A stretch of 64,000 nt of DNA from a virus (Duplodnaviria; Heunggongvirae; Uroviricota; Caudoviricetes), in the IMG/VR virus record IMGVR_UViG_3300046477_000062, positions 54,548-118,547 of that record; one strand, 5' to 3'. The position numbers and the translations under genes are program-made. The notes beneath the pieces are model-generated. The model worked only from the letters and a program-made list of their open reading frames with translations. It was not told the origin of the DNA and made no database searches. Numbering within the stretch: the first letter of the stretch is position 1; each line of letters opens with the position of its first letter. Shown here piece by piece: positions 54,195 through 63,279 of the stretch.

Positions 54195-55472
54195 ATGTCC
54201 CTGAATTTTTGGCAAATGCGCGGCCAACTGGATGCACTGAAGCTTGTCACCGAAGAACTGACTTCGGTAGAGAAGGGTACGCATCTGGAAGTGACGCCAT
54301 CGCATATGAAGAAGCCGCTTCACGCTGGCACGGCCATCGAGCATCGCGACAATCCTTCGCACTACGGACCAGACGGCCACGCTGCGCTGGATTCGCATGT
54401 AAAGTCTGTCCTTGCTGACCCGTCAAAGAACAGCGTCTACAAGTCGGCTGACAGCTACACCAAGGAACAACGCGGCCACGGCTACGAGTTCCACGACGAT
54501 CAACCCAAGTCATCGTTGCGCAAGCAGTATGTGATCGGCAAGACGTATGATCTGGCAACCCAGAATCATCCCGAGTACAAGCGTTCTGTGTTTGATGGCT
54601 ACGTGAAGAATCGCCCGGACATCATCAAGCAGACGCGAGCGCATGACTACGATTCGATGGTGCATGGATCGTACAAAGCAGTGGCAAAGGAAACGAACGC
54701 ACAGTTCGAACACATGCCGGTGCGCACGCAGCATCACGATGGTCAGATGGGCTATCACAACAGCGGCGAGATGCTGCGTGACATTCATGGTCACAACAAT
54801 CTCACGGTGTATCGCGGCGGTGATCGTCACGAATTCCTACACCACACGGACAAGACCGGCCTGAACGAGAACGAGAAGTTCCGTGCAGTTCATGACTACT
54901 ATGGTCATGGTATCTATGGCAACCAGTTTGGTCCGAAGGGTGAAGAAGTGGCGTGGCACTCGCACCGCAAGATGTTCTCGCATGGTGCGGCTGTGGCGAT
55001 GACTTCGGAAACACGCGGTCAGAACAGCTACGTGAATTACACGCACGCGAATCTTGGCACACAGAAGGAAATGGAAGGCCATCGCAAAGACAAGCACGCA
55101 GCACTGAACGCTGGTGACTTTGAAGGCGCGAAGCAATCCGACGAGAAGCTTCGTGAGGCTGGCGGCAAGTGGAACTATGCGAAGCAAGCATCGGTAGCAC
55201 TGCCCCATGAGATGCTTCACCCGCACTTCGACGGCAATGCACCGAAGTCGATTGCGCACTTGCTGCATGATCCGGCTGCACGCGAGAACCCGACATACGA
55301 TGTTCATAAGGATCACTTGGGGTTGGTCGAATTGGCCCGCCATCACAATACGTCTTCGCACAACCGTCAAGGCGGCGGTGTTCTGGATCGCGACAATGCA
55401 CATTCCGATCTGAAGCACATCGCTGGTGTCCACGGCTATTCGAAGTTGAGTCACAACCCGTTTCGGGGATAA
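54195..55472 (+). CDS. histidine-rich hypothetical protein
   Basis: ORF; extreme His content throughout. Confidence 0.45.
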   Translation: MSLNFWQMRGQLDALKLVTEELTSVEKGTHLEVTPSHMKKPLHAGTAIEHRDNPSHYGPDGHAALDSHVKSVLADPSKNSVYKSADSYTKEQRGHGYEFHDDQPKSSLRKQYVIGKTYDLATQNHPEYKRSVFDGYVKNRPDIIKQTRAHDYDSMVHGSYKAVAKETNAQFEHMPVRTQHHDGQMGYHNSGEMLRDIHGHNNLTVYRGGDRHEFLHHTDKTGLNENEKFRAVHDYYGHGIYGNQFGPKGEEVAWHSHRKMFSHGAAVAMTSETRGQNSYVNYTHANLGTQKEMEGHRKDKHAALNAGDFEGAKQSDEKLREAGGKWNYAKQASVALPHEMLHPHFDGNAPKSIAHLLHDPAARENPTYDVHKDHLGLVELARHHNTSSHNRQGGGVLDRDNAHSDLKHIAGVHGYSKLSHNPFRG

Positions 55473-55501
55473 TTGACAAGCGCGGGGATTTGTGGTAAAA
55501 G
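55473..55501 (+). promoter_or_regulatory. sigma70-like promoter (TTGACA-N17-TAAAAG/AAAGAT)
   Basis: The -35 abuts the stop of the upstream gene; AATTCCCAAACATGG and AATTTCCAAAAGG repeats in the leader. Confidence 0.4.
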
Positions 55502-55573
55502 ATTCATGCCCGATGTGGGCGGATATCACAAATTCCCAAACATGGCAATGAATTTCCAAAAGGACACGCAATC

Positions 55574-55750
55574 ATGACGAATAGTTACAATACCACTCCC
55601 AAAGCGAAGGCCGTCTTGGATGAAATCCTCGAAGACCTGAGCAAGTCGGACGAACCAACAGAATCACATCTGCCGGAAGAAGTCACCAAGCTCGACAAGG
55701 CGACGCTTCTTGCAGTAATCTACAGACTTGTTGCAAAAGTACGTGACTGA
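55574..55750 (+). CDS. small acidic protein
   Basis: 58-aa ORF below the track cutoff. Confidence 0.3.
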   Translation: MTNSYNTTPKAKAVLDEILEDLSKSDEPTESHLPEEVTKLDKATLLAVIYRLVAKVRD

Positions 55751-55777
55751 GTGTACAATACACTCTTGTCGATCCGC

Positions 55778-55802
55778 AAAGGGGACTTCGGTCCCCTTTT
55801 GC
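55778..55802 (+). terminator. rho-independent terminator
   Basis: GGGGAC-TTCG-GTCCCC followed by TTTT. Confidence 0.6.
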
Positions 55803-55865
55803 TTTACCAGACTTGTTTCAGGATGTTAAGAACAGAAACAAGAAGAACTAAAAGGGTTGATACGA

Positions 55866-56360
55866 ATGAAGAAGAAAACCATCCTTGCCGTTCTGTTGGC
55901 GGCTCTATGCATACGCATAGCGGTCCCGATAGAACACCATCCAACGCCCGTAGCACCAGACGTTCAGAAGGACATCAACTGTTTGGCAGAGAACGTCTAC
56001 TACGAGGCACGCGGTGAATCCGATGACGGCAAGAAGGCCGTAGCCGAAGTCACGACGAACCGCGCAAGCACGCCCGGATTTCCCAACACTGTCTGTGGTG
56101 TGGTGCATCAAAAGACTGACCGAACGTGTCAGTTCTCATGGGTCTGTCAGCGTCATCGACCGCCGATAGACAAGAAAGACCAAACTTGGGTTGAATCTAA
56201 AAACATTGCCACAGATGTCTTGCTGTTTGACGACAACCCCGGTATAATGAAGAAAAAGACGGCACTGTTTTATCATGCCGATTACGTCAAACCCGGTTGG
56301 GCGCGACACATGAAGTTCATCAAGCGTATTGGTGGACACCTTTTCTACACCAAGAAGTAA
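55866..56360 (+). CDS. SleB/CwlJ-like cell-wall hydrolase (Hydrolase_2 family) with a signal peptide
   Basis: AENVYYEARGES motif; N-terminal hydrophobic leader. Confidence 0.5.
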   Translation: MKKKTILAVLLAALCIRIAVPIEHHPTPVAPDVQKDINCLAENVYYEARGESDDGKKAVAEVTTNRASTPGFPNTVCGVVHQKTDRTCQFSWVCQRHRPPIDKKDQTWVESKNIATDVLLFDDNPGIMKKKTALFYHADYVKPGWARHMKFIKRIGGHLFYTKK

Positions 56361-56378
56361 GATCGACCGAACGACTAC

Positions 56379-57041
56379 ATGATTTTCAACAGTGAGATGT
56401 CTCTGCGTGGCGAGTTCCGCCACGATTTCCCGGATGCGATAGTGAAGAACGAACCAATGTTCTTCAACTGCGATCTGGAATATGCCTACAAGAACGGGTC
56501 CGACATCACGCGGACGTTCCTTGATGGGCTTCCCGAAGACTGGAAGTTGGATGATGTTGTGCTGGATTCGCGGGTTCACATGCTCATGAAGGGCTGGTAT
56601 CCCTGCATTCCCGGCTGGCATCACGATGACGTTCCACGTTCCACGCCGACAGGCCAACCGAACTACACCAATCCCGAATACCACGCTGAACACCTGATGG
56701 GTCTGGTCAACGCACATCTTGCGCCGACTGAATTCGCTTTGGGTAAGTTCATCATGACGGAACCGGACATCGAGAAGACCATCTACAAGGTCTGGCACGA
56801 TGAAGTCGAAGCACAACTTGCGTCTCGATACTCCGGGTGGACACACGAATTTGTCGAAGCTGAGTCCGGTAAATACATTCAGTTCGACTGCAATACGTTC
56901 CATACCGGTTCGAAGGCGGTCGGCATCGGCTGGCGATGGTTCGTGAGACTGTCACGCAACACGAAACGGACGAAATTCATCACGAACGAACGGCGCAACC
57001 AAGTCCAAGTGTATATGGACGATCCAACACAGGGCTGGTGA
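56379..57041 (+). CDS. possible 2OG-Fe(II) oxygenase-like protein
   Basis: GWHHDD (HxD) and a distal His; weak. Confidence 0.3.
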   Translation: MIFNSEMSLRGEFRHDFPDAIVKNEPMFFNCDLEYAYKNGSDITRTFLDGLPEDWKLDDVVLDSRVHMLMKGWYPCIPGWHHDDVPRSTPTGQPNYTNPEYHAEHLMGLVNAHLAPTEFALGKFIMTEPDIEKTIYKVWHDEVEAQLASRYSGWTHEFVEAESGKYIQFDCNTFHTGSKAVGIGWRWFVRLSRNTKRTKFITNERRNQVQVYMDDPTQGW

Positions 57042-57259
57042 TGGCACTCACGAACATCCGACAGGTAGGAATCCTTCCTTCCGGCTTCGCGCTCTATGTT
57101 GGTGACAATGAAGTAGGCGGTCGGACCTACATGACCGACGAACTCGGTGCGGCATTTTGGGATACCGCACTGACAGACGAACACACATTACTCGCGGCCA
57201 TCGTTGAAGAACAACGGCTGCGCTACAAAGAAATCATCGAGAAGAAGTATGCAAGTTGA
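57041..57259 (+). CDS. hypothetical protein
   Basis: ORF; TGATG overlap. Confidence 0.35.
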   Translation: MALTNIRQVGILPSGFALYVGDNEVGGRTYMTDELGAAFWDTALTDEHTLLAAIVEEQRLRYKEIIEKKYAS

Positions 57260-57521
57260 AGCACAAGAAGTATCCATCACCGACCAATTCCTGATCACGC
57301 GCGAATTCGCCTCTGCTGAAGCATTTTCAGTCTATGTCGAAGAACGTGCCATCCAAGACGGCGAAAGCCTGATTGACACGATTCTTGCGTACTGCGAAGA
57401 ACGCGACATCGACGTTGATGTGACGGCCAAGCTGGTCACGAAATCTCTCAAAGAGAAGCTTGCGGTTGAGTTCGAAGAACGGAACATGCTGCAAAGCGAA
57501 CACGGAACCCTCGACCTGTGA
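57249..57521 (+). CDS. hypothetical acidic protein
   Basis: ORF. Confidence 0.35.
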   Translation: MQVEAQEVSITDQFLITREFASAEAFSVYVEERAIQDGESLIDTILAYCEERDIDVDVTAKLVTKSLKEKLAVEFEERNMLQSEHGTLDL

Positions 57522-57651
57522 GTTGGAACAACATAATCCCTTGGCAATGGTTTCATCGTCAAGATCATATCAAACTGGCCTTCATCTCATGTGCCTTCGT
57601 GAACGAACTGGACACGTCTGAACTGCGCGATGATTGGTGCAACTTCTACTG

Positions 57652-58158
57652 ATGCAAACATTCAAAGAATTCCTGATCGAGAAGTATGGGTCGGCGGGAA
57701 CGTATGCGGCGATGAAGTTCACGCACACATCCGAACTCAACATCCGCAAGTTCCTTGTCCAGAACGAAATCCCAAATCCGGTCCCACAAGACAAGCTGCA
57801 TGTGACGCTGCTGTACTCGCGCAAGACGATGGTCGGATATACGCCACGCGGCACGCTAACGGAGCCTGAGAAGGTCCGCGTCATTGATCTTGCTGTCTGG
57901 GATACCCAGAACGGAAAGAAGGCGCTGGTGGCGCTCCTAGATGCCCCGAAGCTGATCATCCGCCACAAGGTTCTGATGCAGCAATATGACGGCACGTATG
58001 ACTTCCCGGATTACAAGCCTCACTTCACCATGTCCTACGATGTCGGTCCCGACTTCAACAAAGACAATTTACCCAACATGACTGTCCCGCTGTATCTCGC
58101 ATCCGAGTATGGCGAAGAACTGAACACAAACTGGAAAGCAGATGACAAAGCTGATTGA
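57652..58158 (+). CDS. 2H phosphoesterase superfamily protein (LigT/ThpR/Acb1-like)
   Basis: Two H-x-T/S-x motifs (HVTLLY, HFTMSY) spaced as in 2H enzymes. Confidence 0.5.
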   Translation: MQTFKEFLIEKYGSAGTYAAMKFTHTSELNIRKFLVQNEIPNPVPQDKLHVTLLYSRKTMVGYTPRGTLTEPEKVRVIDLAVWDTQNGKKALVALLDAPKLIIRHKVLMQQYDGTYDFPDYKPHFTMSYDVGPDFNKDNLPNMTVPLYLASEYGEELNTNWKADDKAD

Positions 58159-58522
58159 CCAACTGAATGAACTGAAGGCCACGGCAGCAGTTCGCAAGGC
58201 ACAACGCGACGAAGAAGAACGTCTGGCCCGCATCGAAGCGGAACAGTCGGAAATCAAACTCGGCAAGGAACACGCCGAATCGATGATTCCTTCTATCACG
58301 AAGAAGATTCTTCGTTATGCCGATGACGGCAAATACAGCAGCACCGATATTATGATTCAATCCAACGGCAAGATAAAAGAACTGACGCCGTGGGAAACTG
58401 CATACGCACTCACGCTGACGCAGCACTTCGAAGAACAAGGTCTGACCGTCACACAAAGTCAGTCCCAGAAGGGCAGCGTAAATGGCAACGTGTACAACAC
58501 TTCCCTGTACATCTCGTGGTGA
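58142..58522 (+). CDS. hypothetical protein
   Basis: ORF. Confidence 0.4.
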   Translation: MTKLIDQLNELKATAAVRKAQRDEEERLARIEAEQSEIKLGKEHAESMIPSITKKILRYADDGKYSSTDIMIQSNGKIKELTPWETAYALTLTQHFEEQGLTVTQSQSQKGSVNGNVYNTSLYISW

Positions 58523-58785
58523 TCAACGTCTCGACCGGCAAGCCGTTTGACGTGTATGTCGGTCGGGGTTCGAAGTGGGGCAACCCGTTCATCATTGGGC
58601 GGGACGGCACGCGAGATGAAGTCATCGAGCAATACGAACAGTGGATCATCACGCAACCACAATTCGCAGACATCCATGAACTGTACGGCAAGATTCTGGG
58701 CTGTCATTGTCATCCGAAGCGATGTCACGGACATTCCCTCGAACGCCTAGCAATCCAGCATCACCAACCATCTTTCTTTGAATGA
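58516..58785 (+). CDS. small protein with a GRGSKWGNPF motif (DUF4326-like), GTG start
   Basis: Conserved-looking YVGRGSKWGNPF and CHCHPKRCH motifs. Confidence 0.35.
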   Translation: MVINVSTGKPFDVYVGRGSKWGNPFIIGRDGTRDEVIEQYEQWIITQPQFADIHELYGKILGCHCHPKRCHGHSLERLAIQHHQPSFFE

Positions 58786-59381
58786 GCATGACACCATTCG
58801 GCGCATACCGTTGCTACCTCGCGTGCAAGTCGCACTTCACGACCGACAGCTACGACATCATCAAGTATCGTGGCCGGGTGAGTGCCAAGCTGGAAACCTT
58901 CGAGAAACGCAAGGACCGCTACCGGTTCGAGAAGTTGGCAAAGAGTAGTTCGGATACGGAAATCTTCCAGACCTTCGTTGCCAACTTCGTCAGCAAGCCT
59001 GACTATTCTGGTCTGTTTGATGACCAGACAGAGACGCGATACAAGAAGTGGGTCGCGTACCAACAAGCACTGTCGTACAACTTTGGGAATGAAGTAAAAA
59101 ACTTGTTGGAAGATGCAAAAAGTTCAGGTTTGTGTTATAATGACGTTTTCTTCAGTAGTGAACAACAACATCCGCCTGTCCTCACAGCATACCTCGGCAA
59201 GTCCATATCCGTTGATACTCTCGTTATTCTCGACCGTCTAAATAGTTTCACAGACAAGATGGTCGATGATGTGGTGACGAAAGACATCCTTCGCACTGCA
59301 CGGAAATATGACCCATTCCTCAAGGTTGATCTGGAAGTATATGGGAAACTCAACGAACGTATCAGAAGTGACATCTTCTGA
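58782..59381 (+). CDS. 59: gp59 helicase loading protein
   Basis: Alignable to T4 gp59 (YxxYLxxKxH...YDIIKY...RKDRYRFEKL); precedes gene 32 as in T4. Confidence 0.7.
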   Translation: MSMTPFGAYRCYLACKSHFTTDSYDIIKYRGRVSAKLETFEKRKDRYRFEKLAKSSSDTEIFQTFVANFVSKPDYSGLFDDQTETRYKKWVAYQQALSYNFGNEVKNLLEDAKSSGLCYNDVFFSSEQQHPPVLTAYLGKSISVDTLVILDRLNSFTDKMVDDVVTKDILRTARKYDPFLKVDLEVYGKLNERIRSDIF

Positions 59382-59535
59382 AAAACGAATCCGGGCGCTG
59401 GAAGATACCATCGCCTATATGCAGCGGGACTATGACTCGCTGGTGAAGAAATTAGAAGCAGTCATGACAGATACCGCCCGCACGAAGCGGCGCGTCGAAA
59501 CATGGCCGTTCATTACGGTAGCAGTGTGAAGTAAG

Positions 59536-59703
59536 ATGGGTAAGACAAGGCATTATCGTCCAGAAGAACGCTCGATTCACCGGGCAAAGCCGACCACGGA
59601 TAAGTCGGGCAAGTACAAGCACAACATCTACACCGTCGAAGATGACGAAGACGATGATGGGCCTACATGGGAAGAACTTGAAGCCCCTATGGACGATGAC
59701 TAA
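59536..59703 (+). CDS. small acidic protein
   Basis: 55-aa ORF. Confidence 0.25.
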   Translation: MGKTRHYRPEERSIHRAKPTTDKSGKYKHNIYTVEDDEDDDGPTWEELEAPMDDD

Positions 59704-59706
59704 ATA
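59700..59706 (+). promoter_or_regulatory. CTAAATA late-promoter box upstream of gene 32
   Basis: 100 nt upstream of the ATG; A-rich unstructured leader follows. Confidence 0.35.
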
Positions 59707-59806
59707 AGTAGTACAAACGAAGTAAGTGAACTTTCTATATGAGGCAAACCATGAAACACACAATCGCAAACAATCGAACTAATCTCGAAATAGGTAGAAA
59801 AGTAAA

Positions 59807-60796
59807 ATGGCAAAATCATTCTCGGAACTCCGCAAGCAGCGTGGCAACCTCGAAGACCTGACGAAGAAGCTTGAACAGCAATCGTCTGGTGGTCGCAAAG
59901 AAGACGACCGCTTCTGGTCGTGCCAAACTGACAAAGCAGGTAATGGTTCCGCAGTGATCCGTTTTCTCCCGGCACCGGCTGGCGAAGAAGACGCATGGGT
60001 CAAGCTGTACACTCACGGCTTCCAAGGCCCGACTGGTAAGTGGTACATCGAAAATTCTCTGACCACGATTGGCAAAGACGATCCGGTCACGGAACTGAAC
60101 AACGAACTTTGGGCGTCGAAGTCCAAGGCGAACGAAGAAATCGCTCGCAAGCAGAAGCGCAAGCTTGGCTACTACAGCAACGTGTACATTGTCTCGGACC
60201 CGGCGAACCCGGAAAACGAAGGCAAGGTCAAAATCTTCCGCTACGGCAAGAAGATTCACGACAAGCTGATGTCGGCCCTGAAGCCTGAGTTCGAAGAAGA
60301 CGAAGCATTCAACCCGTTTGACCTCTGGACTGGTGCGAACTTCCGACTGAAGATCGCGAAGGTTGAAGGTTACGCGAACTTCGACAAGTCATCGCTGGCA
60401 AAGCCGGGTGCGTTGAAAGACGACGATGAAGAACTCGAAAAGATTTGGGAACAGTGCCACTCGCTGAAGGCAATCATCGCTGAAGATCAGTTCAAGTCGT
60501 ATGAAGAACTTCAAAAGCGCCTGAACTTCGTACTGGCAACCGGTTCTGCACCGCGCAGTGCTGAGAAGTCCGAAATCAGCGACGAAGACGAAGACTTCAT
60601 CCGTTCGCAGTCGAAGAAGCCGAAGACTTCGGACGCTTCCGACGAACATGAAGACCTTCCGCCGTTCGATGTCGATCCGGCACCGCCGAAGAAGGAATCC
60701 CCGGCGAAGGCTGCGGCAGCAAAGGCAGCAACGAAGCAAGTGGTCGATGACGAAGACGACGACCTCGCATTCTTCAAGAAGCTTGCTGAAGGTTAA
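59807..60796 (+). CDS. 32: gp32 single-stranded DNA-binding protein
   Basis: LDNAGNG.AVIRFLP ... GKWYIE motifs alignable to T4 gp32; acidic C-terminus. Confidence 0.85.
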   Translation: MAKSFSELRKQRGNLEDLTKKLEQQSSGGRKEDDRFWSCQTDKAGNGSAVIRFLPAPAGEEDAWVKLYTHGFQGPTGKWYIENSLTTIGKDDPVTELNNELWASKSKANEEIARKQKRKLGYYSNVYIVSDPANPENEGKVKIFRYGKKIHDKLMSALKPEFEEDEAFNPFDLWTGANFRLKIAKVEGYANFDKSSLAKPGALKDDDEELEKIWEQCHSLKAIIAEDQFKSYEELQKRLNFVLATGSAPRSAEKSEISDEDEDFIRSQSKKPKTSDASDEHEDLPPFDVDPAPPKKESPAKAAAAKAATKQVVDDEDDDLAFFKKLAEG

Positions 60797-60810
60797 TCGA
60801 CAGTAGCAAA

Positions 60811-60840
60811 ACAAAAGCCCGCTTTCGCGGGCTTTTTTAT
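60811..60840. terminator. bidirectional rho-independent terminator
   Basis: AAAAGCCCGC-tttc-GCGGGCTTTTTT between convergent genes. Confidence 0.65.
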
Positions 60841-63084
60841 TTACATCACAAACGTTCCCATCATTGCTCGATCAAAGTAGGATTCCCGACTACGGGGTGA
60901 ACCGCTGATCGGCAACACCTTCATATCGTTGCCAGAACCGCCGCCAGACTGAATGTTGGTCGTCGGAGCATGGACGATCACCGGCGCTTTAGCTTCCTGT
61001 TTAACGGCTTGCTGATGATCCTGAGAAGCCTTCGCAACGATCTTGCCACTTTCGTTCTTGTCGGACGTACCCCACATACCGCCAAGGTATTCGCCCGCCT
61101 TCTGACCAAGTTCGCTACCGCCGAACGCTCCAATACCTGCACCAATCAATCCACCGGCCACAGTACCGACACCCGGAAGGATCATCGTCCCGAGTGCAGC
61201 ACCCGCCAATCCGCCAGCTTCAGCACCCGCCAATCCGCCCGCAATCGATCCGCCCGCACCGCCGACAGTCTTGGCCTTGGCTGCTTTGGCTTGTTCCGGC
61301 GTCATCTTTCCTGCCTTCACTGCCGCATCGATAGCATTCACATCGTTGTAAGCGTCATACGCCGTGATACCGGCCCCCACAACGCCCGCGATAGCGCCGA
61401 CCTTGCCGACACCCTTCAGAACCTTGGTAGCGCCTCTGGCAAGCCCCTTACCCTCGGCTTCCAGACCTTCGGCCGCCGTTGCTGCGCCTTTACCCTTGAC
61501 CTTGGTCTTTTCCTCGGCTGCACCCTTGGTCTTTTCTTCGCCAGACTTTGCCTTCTCTTTTTCCTCACCTTTACCTTTCTTCTCGCGACCGCCTAGCACT
61601 TCGGCAGCAATCGGAATGAGGGAAGTAGGATCGAAGCCATCGCCGTCTTTGCCACTGACATCACCGTCATCGAACTTACGAGTAGCATCAGCCGAACGCG
61701 GACCAACATCATTATCAACCAACTTATCGGCCTTCGTAAAAGCATCCGCGACAGTCGGCGTTGCTGCAATCGGAAGCGCGAAACCAGTTGCCACAGCACC
61801 ACGCACCGCAGAGGCCATCGGGCTTTCTTGTGTGCGCAAAGGATTGTTAGGATTACCCTTGATCTTGATCGGCGGTTCCGAACGTACAGGTTCAACCGAC
61901 TTTACTTCGGGTGCAGGGAGTGCCTTGACATGGACCTTGTGTTCCTTCGGATGTTCAATCTCGCGGAAGTCAACATCTTCAGCATCATTGACTTCATCGA
62001 GACGAGTGCGACGCACTACCGGCTTTACACGGACCAGACCAGTTTGCGGTTCACGCGGCTTCACTTCCATCACAGGAAGAAAGTTGCCTTCCTGATGTTC
62101 GATCTGCTTCGGCGTTACCTTCTCACCAGACGGCGCAGGAAGAACCGGCGCAACCTTCGCAGCAACCGATGCACCAGACGGCGGCGGAAGCATAGGACTA
62201 CCAACCGGAACAGCACTACGACCGGCACTACCGGGAGGCAATGTCGGCGCAACGTAGAACGGAGCTTTCTTCTCTACCGATTCATCATGCGCACGTTCAA
62301 CCATCTTCACGATCAGACGTTCGACGTGAAGGTTCTCGATCTTTTCTGGAAACTTACCAACACCCGCCGCTTGTTGCGAAGACATCGCGGCTGCAATCTT
62401 CGCGACAAGCTTTTCATCCGTGCGGTCATCTTGATGATCATGTTGCTGTTCGCCCATGATGTCTTCACCAAGACGATTCTTGATCGCTTCAGCTTGACCA
62501 AGGTTCTGCATCTCACGCATAGGCGTGATCATGTTGTCGTGATTGCGACGGTCGATACCGGCCAAGCGACGGAACAGAGGACTCTCCATGTCGGCCTTGG
62601 TTGCACCGAACATCTTATCGAAGCGATAGCCGATTTCCTGAGAGATTGCACCGCCTTTGGGACGATTACTGTCCGTATGCTGCATACCGATGGCCGCAAT
62701 CTTCTCGATCTGCGATTTAGCCGCTTCACTGCCTTCAACTTCGTTGATACGTGATACCGCTGCTTGGAACTCTTTGTGCGAACGCTCAAAGTCGAACTTC
62801 CCGTCCTTACGCAGCTTCATGAATTCTTCGATGACCTCGCGGAACACTTCCTTCTGTTCCTCTGAGGCCGTCTTCATGAATTCACGCTGGTCTTTGATTT
62901 CTTCGGTGAACTGGCGATAGGCTTCGTCAACGCGTTTGACGTTCGCGTTCTCGTTGCCCTTGTTGGCAGACACTTGGTTGCGACGCAGAAGATCACCGAC
63001 ATTCACCACTTCACTGATGAACTTGTCGTTCGACATGCGCTGTACTTCTTGTGTCTGCCGGGATTTGGTCGCTTGCATTGCCAT
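60841..63084 (-). CDS. large hypothetical protein with a Gly/Ala-rich C-terminal region (possible virion-associated protein)
   Basis: 747-aa ORF on the − strand; GGxxGG repeats near the C-terminus. Confidence 0.5.
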   Translation of the reverse strand: MAMQATKSRQTQEVQRMSNDKFISEVVNVGDLLRRNQVSANKGNENANVKRVDEAYRQFTEEIKDQREFMKTASEEQKEVFREVIEEFMKLRKDGKFDFERSHKEFQAAVSRINEVEGSEAAKSQIEKIAAIGMQHTDSNRPKGGAISQEIGYRFDKMFGATKADMESPLFRRLAGIDRRNHDNMITPMREMQNLGQAEAIKNRLGEDIMGEQQHDHQDDRTDEKLVAKIAAAMSSQQAAGVGKFPEKIENLHVERLIVKMVERAHDESVEKKAPFYVAPTLPPGSAGRSAVPVGSPMLPPPSGASVAAKVAPVLPAPSGEKVTPKQIEHQEGNFLPVMEVKPREPQTGLVRVKPVVRRTRLDEVNDAEDVDFREIEHPKEHKVHVKALPAPEVKSVEPVRSEPPIKIKGNPNNPLRTQESPMASAVRGAVATGFALPIAATPTVADAFTKADKLVDNDVGPRSADATRKFDDGDVSGKDGDGFDPTSLIPIAAEVLGGREKKGKGEEKEKAKSGEEKTKGAAEEKTKVKGKGAATAAEGLEAEGKGLARGATKVLKGVGKVGAIAGVVGAGITAYDAYNDVNAIDAAVKAGKMTPEQAKAAKAKTVGGAGGSIAGGLAGAEAGGLAGAALGTMILPGVGTVAGGLIGAGIGAFGGSELGQKAGEYLGGMWGTSDKNESGKIVAKASQDHQQAVKQEAKAPVIVHAPTTNIQSGGGSGNDMKVLPISGSPRSRESYFDRAMMGTFVM

Positions 63085-63087
63085 GTG

Positions 63088-63279
63088 TTAGCCCTTGTTT
63101 TGATGTGCGCGCAGGTGCGCCATTTCAGTCTCATGCCGGATATGCTGCACAAGCTGTCCTACGTAGATTTCGCGCTCCCACGGAATCATGTTGTCCAACT
63201 CTGTCAACGAATAGTTGTGGAACTGCCGAAGGCTGAAGTTCAACGTATAGTAGTTGTACAACGAATCATGTGAGAGCAT
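63088..63279 (-). CDS. hypothetical protein
   Basis: ORF abutting the neighbouring genes. Confidence 0.3.
   Translation of the reverse strand: MLSHDSLYNYYTLNFSLRQFHNYSLTELDNMIPWEREIYVGQLVQHIRHETEMAHLRAHQNKG

Noticed and set aside
20901-55501. CRISPR array, suggested by many about 30-bp near-identical repeats
   Set aside because: The repeats are promoter cassettes with -35/-10 hexamers, irregular spacing of hundreds to thousands of bp, and each is followed by an ORF, so they are not CRISPR
61364-62754. + strand ORFs of 243 and 308 aa
   Set aside because: Antisense to the 747-aa − strand gene; low-complexity shadow frames
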